The notes under the pieces were generated by a model. That model ran no database searches, was not told the DNA's origin, and saw nothing but the letters and a program-made list of their open reading frames with translations. A DNA stretch of 64,000 nucleotides. It comes from Cyanophora paradoxa CCMP329 (taxonomy: Eukaryota > Plantae > Glaucophyta). A program made the position numbers and the translations under genes. Position 1 is the first letter of the stretch, and every line of letters begins with the position of its first letter. The stretch spans positions 124,001 through 188,000 of the forward strand of contig QPMI01000457.1 of the NCBI GenBank assembly GCA_004431415.1, in the 5' to 3' direction. Positions 45,273-57,697 of the stretch are shown one piece after another.

Positions 45273-47611
45273 CTACGCGGCGGCGGGGGCCCAGGGCCCC
45301 AGGACGAGGGGCCCGGCCCCCGACGAGGAGCTCGAGGCGCGCCGGTGCCGCCCCGGCGTCCCCGGCCTCGCCACCGGCGCCCCCAGGGCCGGGGCCTCGC
45401 CCTCTGCTGCGGGCCCGCCGGCGCCGGCGCCGGCGCCGGCGTCGGCGGCCGGGGCGGGGGCGGGGCCGGAGAGGTAGCCGTAGAACTCGAGGGCGGTGAG
45501 GCAGAGGCCGTAGGGGCACGCCAGCTTCAGGTAGCGCAGCGGCTCCCCGCCCGCCTCCACGCTCCACTTGGCCGCCCGGCCCGCCCCAGGAGACGCCTCC
45601 CCCTTGTGCTGCCGCAGCGTCCGCCACCTGCCGCCGGACCGGGCGCCGTGAGCTTAGAAGCTAAAGGTGCGAGCGGGGCGGGGGCGCGCCGGCGGCCGTC
45701 GGGGGAGCCGTGCAGGCTCCAGTAGCGCATGGCGCGGTCTGGCCGCCCCGCGCTGAACTCGAAGGAGAGGACCTGCGCTCCGAGGTAGCTCCGGGTCCAG
45801 CCACACCGGCCAGAGGCGCGGGGCGGAGCTCGCGATCGAGGAGCGGCAGCGCACCTCGCACCGGATGGAGGGCCCGAAATCGAGCTTGATCCACCCGGGG
45901 CCCTGCGCGGAAGCATTCGTACCCCCAAGAACGGGAGCGGAGAGTAGGGCCGGGGCGGGCGGGCCTGGATCTCGTAGGGGCGGGCGCCCTCGAGGGCGAG
46001 GGCGAGGGCGGCGGTGCCCGGCGCCTCGCCGCGCTCCGACGTGTACAGGCGGAGGGCGCCCGAGAGGGCGGGGTTCGTCCAGTAGCGCGCCAGCCCGCAC
46101 CGCTGTCGACCGCCGCCGCTCAGGCGGCGCGGACGGACGGCGCGGAAGCTTCTAGGGCGGGGGGGGGGGGCGGACGCGGCCGAGGAAGGAGACGACGGGG
46201 ACGACGCCCTGCGGCCGCAGCTCGTGCCGCCCCGGCCCGAACGCCGGCACCGCCTCGCTCTCCAGTATCTGAAGTCAAGGCGGAGTCAGGCGAAGGGGAC
46301 TTCCGAGGAGTTCAAAGAAGGGCGGGCCTCGAGGCGGCGGGCCATCGCCTCCGCGACGAGCTCCCGGTCGAAGACGGCCCTGCGCGCCCGTCAGCGGAGG
46401 CAGCGCGAGCGCGGGGCGGGCGCCGGAGCCGGCGCGCACCGCTTGAAGAGGGCCTGAAGGGACTCCGCCTCCAAAAAGCACAGCCGCGCGCACTCCTGTC
46501 GGCTTATAAGCTTAAGGAGGCGGGGCAGGGCGGGGCGGGGCGGAGGCGGGGACGGGGCGGGCCTGGAGGGAGCGGCGTAGGGACTGCTCCATGCCCTCCC
46601 CGCGCGCCGCCAGGTGCGCCTCGATGCAAGCCACCACCGACGCCTCGCTGCGAGCCGGCCGCCACGCTCAGGCTTTGGGGCGGGGGCGGTGCGTGGGGCG
46701 CGCCTGCGGGGCCGGAGGGCGGGCGAGGAGAGGAGCTCTACGAGGCAGTCCGTCGGGACCGTCCCGAAGTCGATCTCGTCCGCGAGGGCCTCCCACTGCG
46801 CCCGCCATCCCGCCGCTCGCGACGCGCAGAGCGCAGAGCGCAGAGCGGGCGCAGAGCAGGAGAGAGCTCGCGTGCGCGCTGCGCTGCGCGGCGCTGCGGC
46901 GCGCGGCGCGGGGCGGGCGCACGTTCGCGGCGATGTAGCGGACGCAGAGGGAGGCGAGGGGCGCGTTGCCGCAGAGGACAGCGTCCCGCAGCAGCGCCGG
47001 CGCCGTCGCCACGTTCAGGTGCGACTCCACCAGCGCCGCCAGGTGCGGCAGCAGGCTCTGCGCGCGCGCGCACTCGTCGCCCGGCCCGCGGGGTTCCTCG
47101 CGGCGAGGAAAGCTGAAGGCGCGCACCGTGACGCGGAGGCGGTCGGCGAGGGTGGCGAGGCCGACGCAGCGCCCGAAGTCGTCGGGCAGCAGGTCCAGCG
47201 GCGGCCTCCCGCCGGGCGCCGCGTACAGCACCCGCAGCACGTCCTCGAAGAACTCGTTCTCCGGCGCTTCCTGCGCGGCGTCAGCGCGCCCAGCGGCGCG
47301 GCCCAAGGCAGGAGGGGCCAGTGGGGCGCGCGCGCACGTCGAGGCGGACGCAGGCCTCGCGGTTCTCGACGAAGGCCGAGCTGGAGGTAAAGAGAGACCT
47401 GAAGTACTCGCTCCCGGCGGCGAGGACGACCTGCGCGTGCCGCGCCGTTAGCCGAGCGTGAACCAGATCCGTACTCGTGCGCCGTCCGCACCCTGTGGAG
47501 CCGCCACGCCCGGTCGCCGCAGCAAACTGTCACATCTGCAAATTCACTGCTCTCTAAGAACGAAAGCAGCGGAAACGCAGGCGCCAGATCGCTCTCCGGC
47601 GCGGGCTGCAT
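45273..47611 (-). CDS. Host BTB/POZ-BACK-discoidin(F5/8C)-like protein
   Basis: FADVTVCCGDRAWRLHR|VVLAAGSEYFRSLF; LCVRYIAAN; WIKLDFG; MRYWSLHGSPDG; LEFYGYL. Confidence 0.75.
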
Positions 47612-48071
47612 GGTCGATCTGGTTCTCGGCGCGGGCTGCAACGCGCAAGACCGGCAAACACGGCAGCTAAAACGTGAAGATGCGTTTTCAGAAGCACCGA
47701 GAAGGCGAGTTCGATGCAAGAGGCGAGACGCTTGCGATTGAAAGTCGAGCTAGCCCACGCTAACCACGGCTGCGGCTCGGCTGCGCGATTGCGTGGCGGA
47801 GCGGGTTTCACCAAGGCGCTCGTCGATGGGTGCCGGGGCTTACGAGGCTCTGCAGCTGGCAATGGGCCATGGGCCGGGGTACGGCCGGCGCCGGCACATG
47901 TACGCCAGAGCGACCTAGCCGAGCTGGCTTCACCGCCTGGCCCCGCTGCGCCGGCACAGTGGCTCCGTCCCGGCCTGCAGCGCCCGCACCGGTTCTGCAG
48001 CGCCCGCGCGCCCAGGACTGCCAGCCAGTGCCAGGGAATTTGGAGCAGTTTCTTCAGTGGATTCTTCCATC

Positions 48072-48143
48072 GGCTGCTTGGTCTAGGGGTATGATTCTTG
48101 CTTCGGGTGCAAGAGGTCGTGGGTTCGATTCCCGCAGCAGCCC
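48072..48143 (+). tRNA. tRNA-Pro (anticodon CGG)
   Basis: Acceptor stem GGCTGCT/AGCAGCC, D-loop GGTCTAGGGGTATGA, anticodon arm CTTGC-TTCGGGT-GCAAG, T-loop GGTTCGATTCC, Pol III terminator TTTTT at 48146. Confidence 0.95.
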
Positions 48144-48526
48144 GCTTTTTCTACCCATCGCTTTTCCCCGCTTCGAATCCGCCGGAGTCCATTTCGGTCA
48201 TCGGAGCCGGCGGCGATGAAGCGCGCGCATGAGCGTGGCTGCTGTAGTGAACTAAAGCGATGTAGCTGAGTGGCGCCGACCGCACGCGTCGTCGCTCTTG
48301 CTTCGCCGGGGCGCCGGCGCGCGGCCTCGAGCTAGCGGCCGTCGGATCCGGACCTCAGATTAAAGGCTTTCTAAGAGCGCGCTAGCGTGCATAATGGCGC
48401 ACGCGAACGGTACAACTGTACAGTGTATATGTTAGCATGTAGCTACGGCGAAGGCAGACTACGGGAAAGGCAAACCTAAGTTACGGCGGGAATTCGAACG
48501 AGAGCAGCCTCTGTCCTAATCGATCC

Positions 48527-50688
48527 CTAGCAGCAAGCGGAAGCGAGGCCCGGAGGGCCCGGTGGCGCGGGGGCGGGGCGGCCGCCCGAGGCGCGGCTAG
48601 CGGCGGCTGGTCTCGCTCTTGACCGCGCGGGGGTGCTTGGCGGGGCCCGGCCGCTGCGCCTCCTCCGGCCCCTCCGCCCCCCGCCCCCGCTTGCCCTGCC
48701 CCTGCGCGGCGGCCGGCTGCGCGGCGGCGGCGGCGGGGCTGCCGGCCCGGCGCTGGCTCTCGAGCTTGACCATCGAGGGCCCGCTCCCGGGCGGCAGCGC
48801 GCGCGACGCCCCCGGCGTCGCCGGCTTCGCGGCGGCCGATGAAGAGGAGGAGGAGGAGGAGGAGGGGCTGAGGGCCGGCGGCGGCGGCGGCGGCGGCAGA
48901 GGAGGAGGAGGAGGATGGCGGGGCGGGGAGGGCGAGGGGGTCCGGCAGGGAGTAGAAGACGCGTGCCGGCCCCGGCGCGTTCGGGACCTTCCTCTTGTCC
49001 TGCGCGCCCGCTCAGCCGAGCCGACCTGGGCGGGGCGGGCGGGCCGGGGCGGGCCGGGGCGGGGCGGGGCGGGGCGGGGCGGGGCGGGGCGGGGCGGGGC
49101 GGGGGCGCACGCGCTGGGCGATGGACTCGTCCTTGACTCCGGCGCGGAGGCGGTTCGCGATGTGGTTCACCTCCCGCTGCTTCTCCGCCCCCTCCGCCTC
49201 CGTGAAGAAGCCGGCGCTCACCCCCGCCTGCGCACCAGATCCCCGGGTCGGTCAGACCGGCTCGCACCGCTCGGATCGGGCCCGGCGGGGCGCACGGCGT
49301 AGACTTCGGCGGCGGTGAGGGGCTCCGCGGCGCGCTCCAGGACGGCCCGCACGCGCTCGTCGTACTCCCTCAGCGCCGCATCCCTCGCCTCCTTGCTCCC
49401 GCTCGCCACGTACAGCGGGAGCCGCCCCTGCCCCGCGGCCGCTACCGGCGCCGGCGCCGCCGGGGGCGCAGCGGGGGCCTGCTGCGCCGGCGCGGCGGCG
49501 GCGGCGGCGGAGCTGGAGGCCGCCGCTGGCTTCGCGGGCGCCGGGGCGGGCTTGGGCTGCAGCGCCGGCTTCGGCTGCAGCGCCGGCTTCGGCTGTGGCG
49601 CCGCCTTCATCGCCGCGGGCGGCGCCGGTGCGGGTGGCTTCGGGCTCGCGCCCGAGGGCCCGGCGGCAGGCTGAGCGAGCGCCGGCGTGAGCGGGCGGGC
49701 GACCGAACAAGCTAACGGCGCCGGCGGCCCAAGCGGCGCGCACCTGGTCGCCCTTGTCCTTGTCCGTCTCGAACGGGAGCGGCTGGGGCGGCTTCTTCGT
49801 CTGCGCGGGGCGGCCCTCAGGACTTCAGAGGCGCGGGCGGGGCGCGGGCGGGGCGGGGGCGGGCGCGGGCCAGGGACTCGGAGAGGGTGCGGGCGAAGGC
49901 CATGCTGGCCTTGAGCGTGCTCTTCGTCCACATCTGCTCGGGCTCCCCGTACCGCTTCCGCTCGTACTGCCGGTCCAGCTCGTGGTGCTTCACCCCTGGC
50001 CCGCCCCGCCCGGTCGGAGGAGGGCGCGCCGGGAGGGGCGGCGGAGCGCGGCGGGCGCCAGCGGGGGGCGCGCCCTTCTCCCAGGAGATGACGCCCTCCT
50101 TGGGCGTGATGCTCCACTTGCAGGAGAAGTACCTGCCCCGGCGCCTGAGCCGGCGCGGCGCGGCGCGGGGCGGGGCGGAGCGGGGCGTGGCGGGGCGGGC
50201 TGGGGGCGCACATGAGGACCATGTGGCCCGGGTGCTTCTTGAGCTCGGCCTGGATCTCGGCGTGCTCCTTGGGCGTGATGGGGAGCTCGCTCGGGTCCAC
50301 CACCACCGCCGGCCAGTGGCCTGCGGGCGGCGAGGGGCGCGTCGGCGCAGGCGGGACAGGGAAGGGCGACAGAAATGTTACCGGAGCGGTCCTCGTCGGC
50401 CAGGACCAAGTCGCCGGGCCGGAACTTGTGCGACGGGTCCAGGAGCTGCAAGCCCGCCTCGCGCTTCTTCTCCTCTGACGGCGGGTTCGGCTGCTTGGAC
50501 TTCCGGGCCTTCTGCTGGCGCTTCGCCCGCTTCGGCTGCTTCGAGCCCTCGTCGGGGATCGCTTGGCTTGCCTGCTTCCTTTTAGTCGGCGCGGCGGGGC
50601 TGGCGCCCGGCGCCGGAGAGGCGGATGCCTTCAAAGGCTGTTTTCCTTTCGCCGCTCGCATCCTTTCCGCTGCTCCCCTCGTGTTCAT
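48527..50688 (-). CDS. Host PWWP/Tudor-like chromatin protein (spliced)
   Basis: FRPGDLVLA...HWPAVVVDP...LM|YF; basic N-terminus; Pro/Ala-rich linker. Confidence 0.55.
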
Positions 50689-51004
50689 GGCGCCGATACC
50701 GAGAACAACTTTGACGCAAGCTCGGCAGGCGAAACTCCCTTATACGCAGCTAATCGATGCGCGTTGCCTGTGTACGCCGCCGCTGACGTTCGCGGGCGTC
50801 GCGGACGAGCTGTCAGGCGCGATGTTTCTCCGGGCCTCGTTCGGCGGCAGCGGATGCCCTTCTGCGGGCTCTATGGATGTCTCCGGCACGCTGCGGCAGG
50901 TCGGCGGTGCTCGAAAGGCTGTGGCGGGCAACTCAAGGGCTGTGCGCGCAATTGCGTACCCCAAGAGCCACAAAACTTGAAAAAGCGGCGCCTGCAGCGC
51001 CTTA

Positions 51005-52430
51005 ATGCCGTACCGCGCGCCTGTGACCAGCGCTCTGGTGCTGATTGCGGCGGCGGCGCTCTCCACGTGCCCCGTCTCGGCGGCGCACCCGTTCGACCCG
51101 CGGCCCGTTCCGGCGCTCGGGCCTTTCTTCGATGGCTACTACGTGCGCGTGACGACGCGCGAATTCGATACGCCCGACCTGCTCTCCGTCGCGGCGCTTG
51201 CAGGCATCGTCTACGGAGACGGCGAGGCGATCTCCGCGTACTTCGCGGTCCTGGCGCACCGGCGGGGCGGGCGCGGTCTGCTCTTCTTCGATGATCACCC
51301 GCCCCCGAGTAGCGCGCGCTTCGAGGCATGCGCGCCGACTTCTCCGCCTCTCCCCGGCCCGTGCTTCACGCTGAGCTTTGAGGGCGGCTCTTTCGCGATG
51401 CAAAACGGTGAGCCGTGATCCAGCGCCGCAGGCTATCTTCTCCGCCCGCGCTGACCGCCGACGTCCGCCCGCATGCAGGCTCTCTCTCGCTGCACTTCGC
51501 GCTCGGGGACTCTCAGCTCCTCATCCAGACGCTCGGCGAGGCCGTCCCGTGGGGCAGGGACGGGCGGGACCCGGAGGGGGTCCTGGGGCGCGGCCTGGCG
51601 CCGCTGCCCCTCCACTGGGGCGTCTTCAGCCTCGCCTCCCCCGCGGAGGGCGACCTCGCTCCCGGGGGCGGCGCCCCGGCGCTGGGCTTCCGCGGCTGGG
51701 CGCACGTGGAGAAGAACTGGGGCCGCGCCTTCCCCCCCGCCTGGATCTGGCTCCAGGCCGCCGCCCGCAACGGCTCCGCGCAGCTCTCCGTCACGGGCGG
51801 GCCCCCGGTCCCCGGCAGGCGCGCCCTCCCCGCCTGGCTTGAAGCCGAGCCGAGCCGAGCCGTCCTGACTCCGGGGCTGGGCGGCAGCCCGAGCTTCTAC
51901 TTCGGGAGCCTGCGGGTGCGGGACGGGCCCCGGCAATCCTGGACCTCCCGCCCGGGCCAGGACCTCGTCCGAGCCAAGCCCGACCCGTGCGCGCGCGCCG
52001 CGCCGGCGGCGGGTCACAGTGGAGGCTATAGCTGACTGCGGCTTCGGTCAGGTGCGGGGGCCGCCTGGCGCTGGCCTTCGAGCGGCTGGACCTCCTCGAG
52101 CGCGTCGAGGTCGAGGCCGCCTGCGGCCCCGGCTCGGCGGCGGCGCCCTGCCTCGCCGTCCCCACCGCGCGGGGCTTCCTCCCGGGCGCCCGCGAGGCCT
52201 TCGGCTGCCGGGCCGCCGCCCGCGTGTACCGCAGGGGGCCCGGGCTCGCCGGGCTCTGGCCGGGCGGCGGCTGGCGCCTCCACGCGGAATTCGTTGCGCC
52301 GCTCGGACTCTATTTTCAAATTAGATCACTTCCGTGTCTGACGGGCGCGCGGGGCCGCAGTCTTTCGAGGAGGCCGCGCTGGAGTTCGGCGGGGAGTCCA
52401 TGTGCACGCCTTGCGGCAGCTAGCTACTAA
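51005..52430 (+). CDS. Tocopherol-cyclase-like protein with signal peptide (spliced)
   Basis: FFDGYYVRV, HWGV, HVEKNWGRAFPPAWIWLQA, LEFGG; hydrophobic N-terminus. Confidence 0.7.
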
Positions 52431-52520
52431 ATGTAATCCATGATATGTACATGTATCGATTTCACTGAGTCATATCATATTCATACGCTGCGGAAGCGTT
52501 GCACCAATCGAAGTTGGCGA

Positions 52521-55500
52521 TCAGTTGAATTCGACGGGCCGGGGCCGAGGGCCGAGGGCGCGGCCTCCCTCAGGCGCGGAGGAGTGCGTCGATAAGGGAC
52601 GTCGGGGCCTGCGCGCGCGGGGCTCAGATCACGCGGGGAAGTTTAAAAGGCCCCGCGGCGCGCGGGGCGGGGCCCCGGGCGGGGCGGGGCGGGGCCCCGG
52701 GCGGGGCGGGGCGGGCCTCGGGGCGGGGCGAGCGGGCGCCGCGGGGCGACTCGGTCGTCTCCATCGGGTCCCCCTCCTGCCGCCCGAAGCTCAAGAGGAC
52801 CGCTCGGAGCAGGTCGTCTCTAAGGAGAGCTCGGGGGGCACCGGCGGGGGCAGCGGAGTCTTCTTCGAGCCCCTGCGGGGGTGCCCGGGCGGCAGCTCCG
52901 GGCCGTACACCACCTGCGGGGGATCAGGCGCCGGGCCGGGGCGGAGGGGAGGAGGGGCCGGACGGACCGGGGCCGGGGGCTTCAGGAGGGGGAGGCCGGC
53001 GGGGCCGCCAGCGGTGGCGGCGTCTTTGGACGGGGGCGCGTCGGCGCCGGGCGCGTCATCCGCAGCGTGCGGGCGCGGGCTGCAGCAAGCTCAGACGCGC
53101 TCAGCTCAGACAGAGAAGGCGGGGCACGGCGGGGGCACCTGGATCCCCCGGAGGAGGACGCGGCGCCCTCGACGAGCCGCGCCGGCAGGCCGGCCTTCTC
53201 CCGCAGCTGCGCCCAGAACGTCAGTCTAGATCTGGCACCCGGCCCGGGCCGGGGGAGGAAGGGAGCAGGGCCCGGCGCGCCGCGAGGATCTCGACGCGGG
53301 CGGCCGCGAGGAGCGCCTCGGCCGCCTGCACCGCCGGGCGCGCCCCTGCCCGGCCGGCCCTTGGCTTAGGCCCGCGTGCGAGAGAGAGAGAGACGGTGCC
53401 GCCGGACGGACGGACGCACCGGGCTCGAGGTCGTTCTCGAAGACGAGGACGGGGACAGGGGCCGCCGCCCCGTCCCCGGCGGCCTGGAGGGCGAGGGCGG
53501 CGGACCCGGAGGGGGCCCCGGGCTCCTTTCCCGGGCCGGGGAAGTAGGAGGCGAGGAGGAGGGCCTTAAGCTCGCCCTTGTCCGCCAGCACCCGCGCCAG
53601 CGCCCTCGACATCATCGACTGCGCACGAAGGCTTCTTGGCTGCTTCTTCATCTTAGGGGGCGCCGGGGCGGGCGGACGAGGTCTGCGGAGGAGGCGTCCA
53701 GGGCGTCCCCGAGGTGCCGCAGCTCCCGCTCCGCCGCAGCCAGCTGCTGCTGCGCCTGCCGGGGAGGGTCAAGGGGGGGGAAGAGTCGGGGGGGGGGGGG
53801 GGTACGGGCGCTCGCCTCCTCGTGGAGGGCGCGGAGCTCGTGGAGGCGGCCCCGCAGCTCGCCCTCCCGCTCCGCCCTGCTCGTATCCCCCTTCAGGTGT
53901 CGGGTACAGGGAACGTAGAAGAACGAGTACAGACCACTCGGGGCGGCCGGCGGCGCAGCGGGGACACTCCTGCGGCCCCGGGGCGGGGGCGGGGGCCGGG
54001 GCCGGCGCCGGGGCCGCAGGGCCTCCCCCGGACTCGAGCCTCTGGCGCAGCTGCGCGCGCGAGCCGTGAGCTTCTTAAGTGGGGCGCCGGAGCTCGTGAG
54101 GCCGGCGCACGGCGAAGTTCTCGAGGCGGAGGGCGGCGAGGAGGGACTCGGCGGCCTGCAGCACCGGCGGGCACGCTGCGCCACGTCCGCCTCAGAAGAG
54201 ACGGCGGCGCAGGGGAGCGGGCGGGGCGGGGCGGGGCGGGCGCGCCCTCGTCGAGGTCTTCCTGGTAGAGCAGCACGGGCTCCGCCTGCTGCCGGCCCCC
54301 CGCCACCTTCTTCACCTGGGGCGCGGGCTTAGAGGAGGGGGTAGGGGGTTGCGAGGGCAGGGGGTAGGGGCGCGCGTGGAGGGCGGCGCGGGGGCCGGGG
54401 CGGCCCGGGCCGGGGGCCTGGGAGCCCGGGAAGTAGGCGGCGAGGAGGGCCTCGCGGAGGCCCGGCCGGTCGTCCAGCAGGTGCGAGATCGCCCGCGACA
54501 CCGAGACCTGGGGGCGGGGGGGTGGCGGAGCTGAGAAGGGGCTTCCCCAGCCCCTCGGGCCGGGCCGGGCCGGGGCGCACGAGGTCGGAGGAGGTGGCGT
54601 CGAGGGCCTCCTCCAGGCGCCGCGCCTCCGCCTCCGCCGCGGCCGCCCGCCCCGCCGCCTGCGCCCGCGTTAGGGGAGGAGGGGAGGGGGAGAGGAAGGG
54701 GAGGAGGACGGCACGCCTCCTCGTGGGCGGCGCGCAGGTCCACGAAGCGGCTCTGTTGTTGGGGCGGGTCGGGTCGGTCAGGGCGAGCGCAAGGAGCTCA
54801 CGGGCGGGCGGGAGGGCGGGCCTGGAGGTCGGCGTGCTGGAGGCAGGCGAGGTCCAGCATCTTCAGCGCCCGCCCGTTCTGCGCGATCAGCCTCCCCTGC
54901 CCCTCCTCGCCCCGCTCCTGCCGCCCTTTGACCTTGAGCCGCGCGGGCCGGAGGAAGGGACGGGCGGGGCGTGGGCGGGCCTGGGCGGCGCGGAGCTCGG
55001 CGGTGAGGCGGGCGACGGCCGCCGTCAGCTGCGCCTTCTCCTTCTCCAGCCCCGCCGCGCGCCCCTCCACAGCCTGGCGCGAGCGAGCGAGCGGGCCTGA
55101 GAAGGGCCGCGGCGCAGGGAAACAATACAAAAGGGGCGCGCCTGGACGTAGGCGCGGACCTCGCGCGCGTCCTTTCGGAGGCGCGCCGCCTCCTCCTGCG
55201 CCGCCGCCGCCTTCCGCCGGAGCTCCAGCGCCTCCTCCAGCTCCGGCGCCGGGTCTGCCGCGCGCGCGCGGGCACGTTCGGGCCGCGCAGAGCCGGCTGG
55301 GGAGGGCGGGCGGGCGGGAGGGCGGGCGCGCCGGTGTTGGAGCCGACGGCGCACGTCTCGCCGAGCAGGTCGAGCACCATCCTGCGAGCCGTCGAAGGAG
55401 GCGGCGGGGCGGCGGGGGAGGCGGCGGCGGCGGCGGGGCGCACGTGGAGCGGCGGCGGGCGTTGTCGGCGCGGGCGCGGGCGGCGCGGTCGATGCCGTGC

Positions 55501-56334
55501 GCGATGCTCTCGCCCGCCAGCTGCAGCTCGTCCAGCATGTGCATCATCTGCGCGCGCCGCCGCCCCGCAGGCCAGGCCGGCGACGTTCAGCGCCCGCGCG
55601 CGGGCGGCGGGGCGGGGCGGGGAGGGGGCGCGCCTGGTCCACGTTGTCGACCTCGCGGCTGAAGCGGTCGATGAGCTGCGGAGCTGTTTTAGAAGGCGGC
55701 CCGGCCCGGCGGAGCAGATGGGGGTCCGGGGGGAGAATTTCGAAAGGGGCGGATGGGGGTCCAGGGGGGTACGGACCCGGGCGCGCTCCTTCTCCCAGTC
55801 GAGGCAGGATTCGATCTTCCTGCGCTCCAGCGCGTGCAGCTGCGGCGCGGCTCGCTCGCCCGGGCGGGGCGGGGCGGGGCGGGGCGGGGCGGGGCGGGCC
55901 TGCTGCGTGAACTCGGCGTGCCAGTGGAGTTTCTCGAGCACCGACTCGGGCGCCTCCGTCGCGCTGCAGCACCCGAAGAGGAACGAGGCCGGCGCCGCCG
56001 GCGCCGACTCCGCCGCCGACTTGCGCAGGACGGCTGCAGACCCGCGCGCGGCGTGACCGCGGGCAAGGCGGGGCGGGGCGGCCGCGAGCCGGCGACGGCG
56101 GCGGCGGAGCGCACCGCGGAGCTCTGCGCTGGAGCGTCCCTTGGGGCTGACTTTGAGGGCGGGGCCGGCGCTGTCTGCCCGCTGCAGATCTGCGAAAGTG
56201 GGCGGCGCCAGCGCCGCCTCCGCCTTCGGGGTCGGCGCCGGCTTCGGCGTCGCGGGCTTCCCCGCCGCCTCGGCGCAGCAGTCCGGCTTCGAGCACGCTG
56301 CGTCCCGTCGCGGCCGCTGTCAGGAAGGAACATA
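52521..56334 (-). CDS. Host coiled-coil protein of unknown function with an internal duplication (spliced; ends approximate)
   Basis: Coiled-coil exons; duplicated unit SRAISHLLDDRPGLREALLAAYFPG / SRALARVLADKGELKALLLASYFPG. Confidence 0.4.
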
Positions 56335-57697
56335 GGCAGCGGAGGGCGCGCGCCGAGCGGGTGAACGCATGCGCACCCGTCATCTTCGAATTCAAGAATC
56401 GATATCCGGGGCGCAGGCGCAGCTGGAGAGAAAGATCTGGAGGCGAGCGAAGCGGGCTTCCGATCCAAACGCCGCTACCGCGGCCGTTGCGGCTCTGTAC
56501 GACTGGCCTGGCGGGCAGCTGCAGCTGCAGCCGTCAATGACTCGGAGGACCTCTGCGGCTGACGCGGGTCAGATCTGGGCCGGGCGGAAGTTTGTCTGCT
56601 GCGCACGTTCCGCATACGCCCGCGGGGCGTGCATGCAGGGCTCGAGCTCGAGCTCGAGCTCGTCGATGTCTGGTTGCAATTGCCAAAGTTGCAGCCGACG
56701 CAGAGAGACCGCGATCGAAGATGACAGCTCGATCGAAGTCGCGTCTTCGATCGCCCTCAACCACTCTCGAGCTCGAGCCCGCCGACCACTTGTGATCGCT
56801 GTCCGCACGCGCGCGCTGCGCCGGCTCGACTGCGCCGGGGTTTACGGCTCGACGCGTGCAGCGGGATCGGGCGCGCCGGAATCATCGGAAGAGCGAGCTC
56901 GAGGAGCGCGCGCAGTTTCGACCGGACCGCGGCCGGGGGTACGCGTGCTCGGCGACTTCGAATCTGAATTCGAAGCAGAATTCGAAGCAGCGCTAGCGCT
57001 CTTAAGCTTGTACATGTACATCCCGCCGCGGCGCTCTTGCCGCACTCGCCCCGACTCGGCGAGCGGCCGATATTTTGAGCGCATGCCCGGCGGCCTCATG
57101 CGTTGCGTCGGAATCAGCCCGGCAACGCTTCGAATTAAAATTCAGGCTTCAGCTTTCAGGATTGAAATAACGATGCAAGGCTTGCCAGGATTAAAAAGCG
57201 ATCGAAGACTAATTAAGCCTAAGAATCGAAACTGTACATGTAATCGATTTACTGCACGATCAAGTACTTGAAAAATCGATCGAATTCGAAGGCTCACAGA
57301 ATATTTATCGATCAAGCTGGCGCTCAAGATCGACTCACGGAAAACATCGCAGTCCAGCTGTGGATCAAGCCTTAAGCTTGAAGACTGTACAAGAAAATCT
57401 AAAGGTTTGTCAGACATGGATCAAGACTGTACAAGAAAATTCGAAGGTTCATCAAACCACCGCGGCACAGGAATTCGAAACATCAAAGGAAGAACCGAGA
57501 CTCTGAGAATGAGAAGGAGAGGGCAAAGCTTAGCTTCAAGCTAACTTAGTAAGATGGATGAATACAAATGGAAGACCGTCGGACTGTACTGGAGTCAACA
57601 ATCTCTCAAGAGGAAAAGGGCCGCACTACAGCTGATTTAATTACTAAGTTATAAGTGTGGGGAAGCACGAGGGTGCAGGCGCGCCAGGCACCTGCCC

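Noticed and set aside
57380-57450. AAGACTGTACAAGAAAAT duplication (and the ~38-bp duplication at 14585-14689)
   Set aside because: Simple two-copy local duplications with no further structure.
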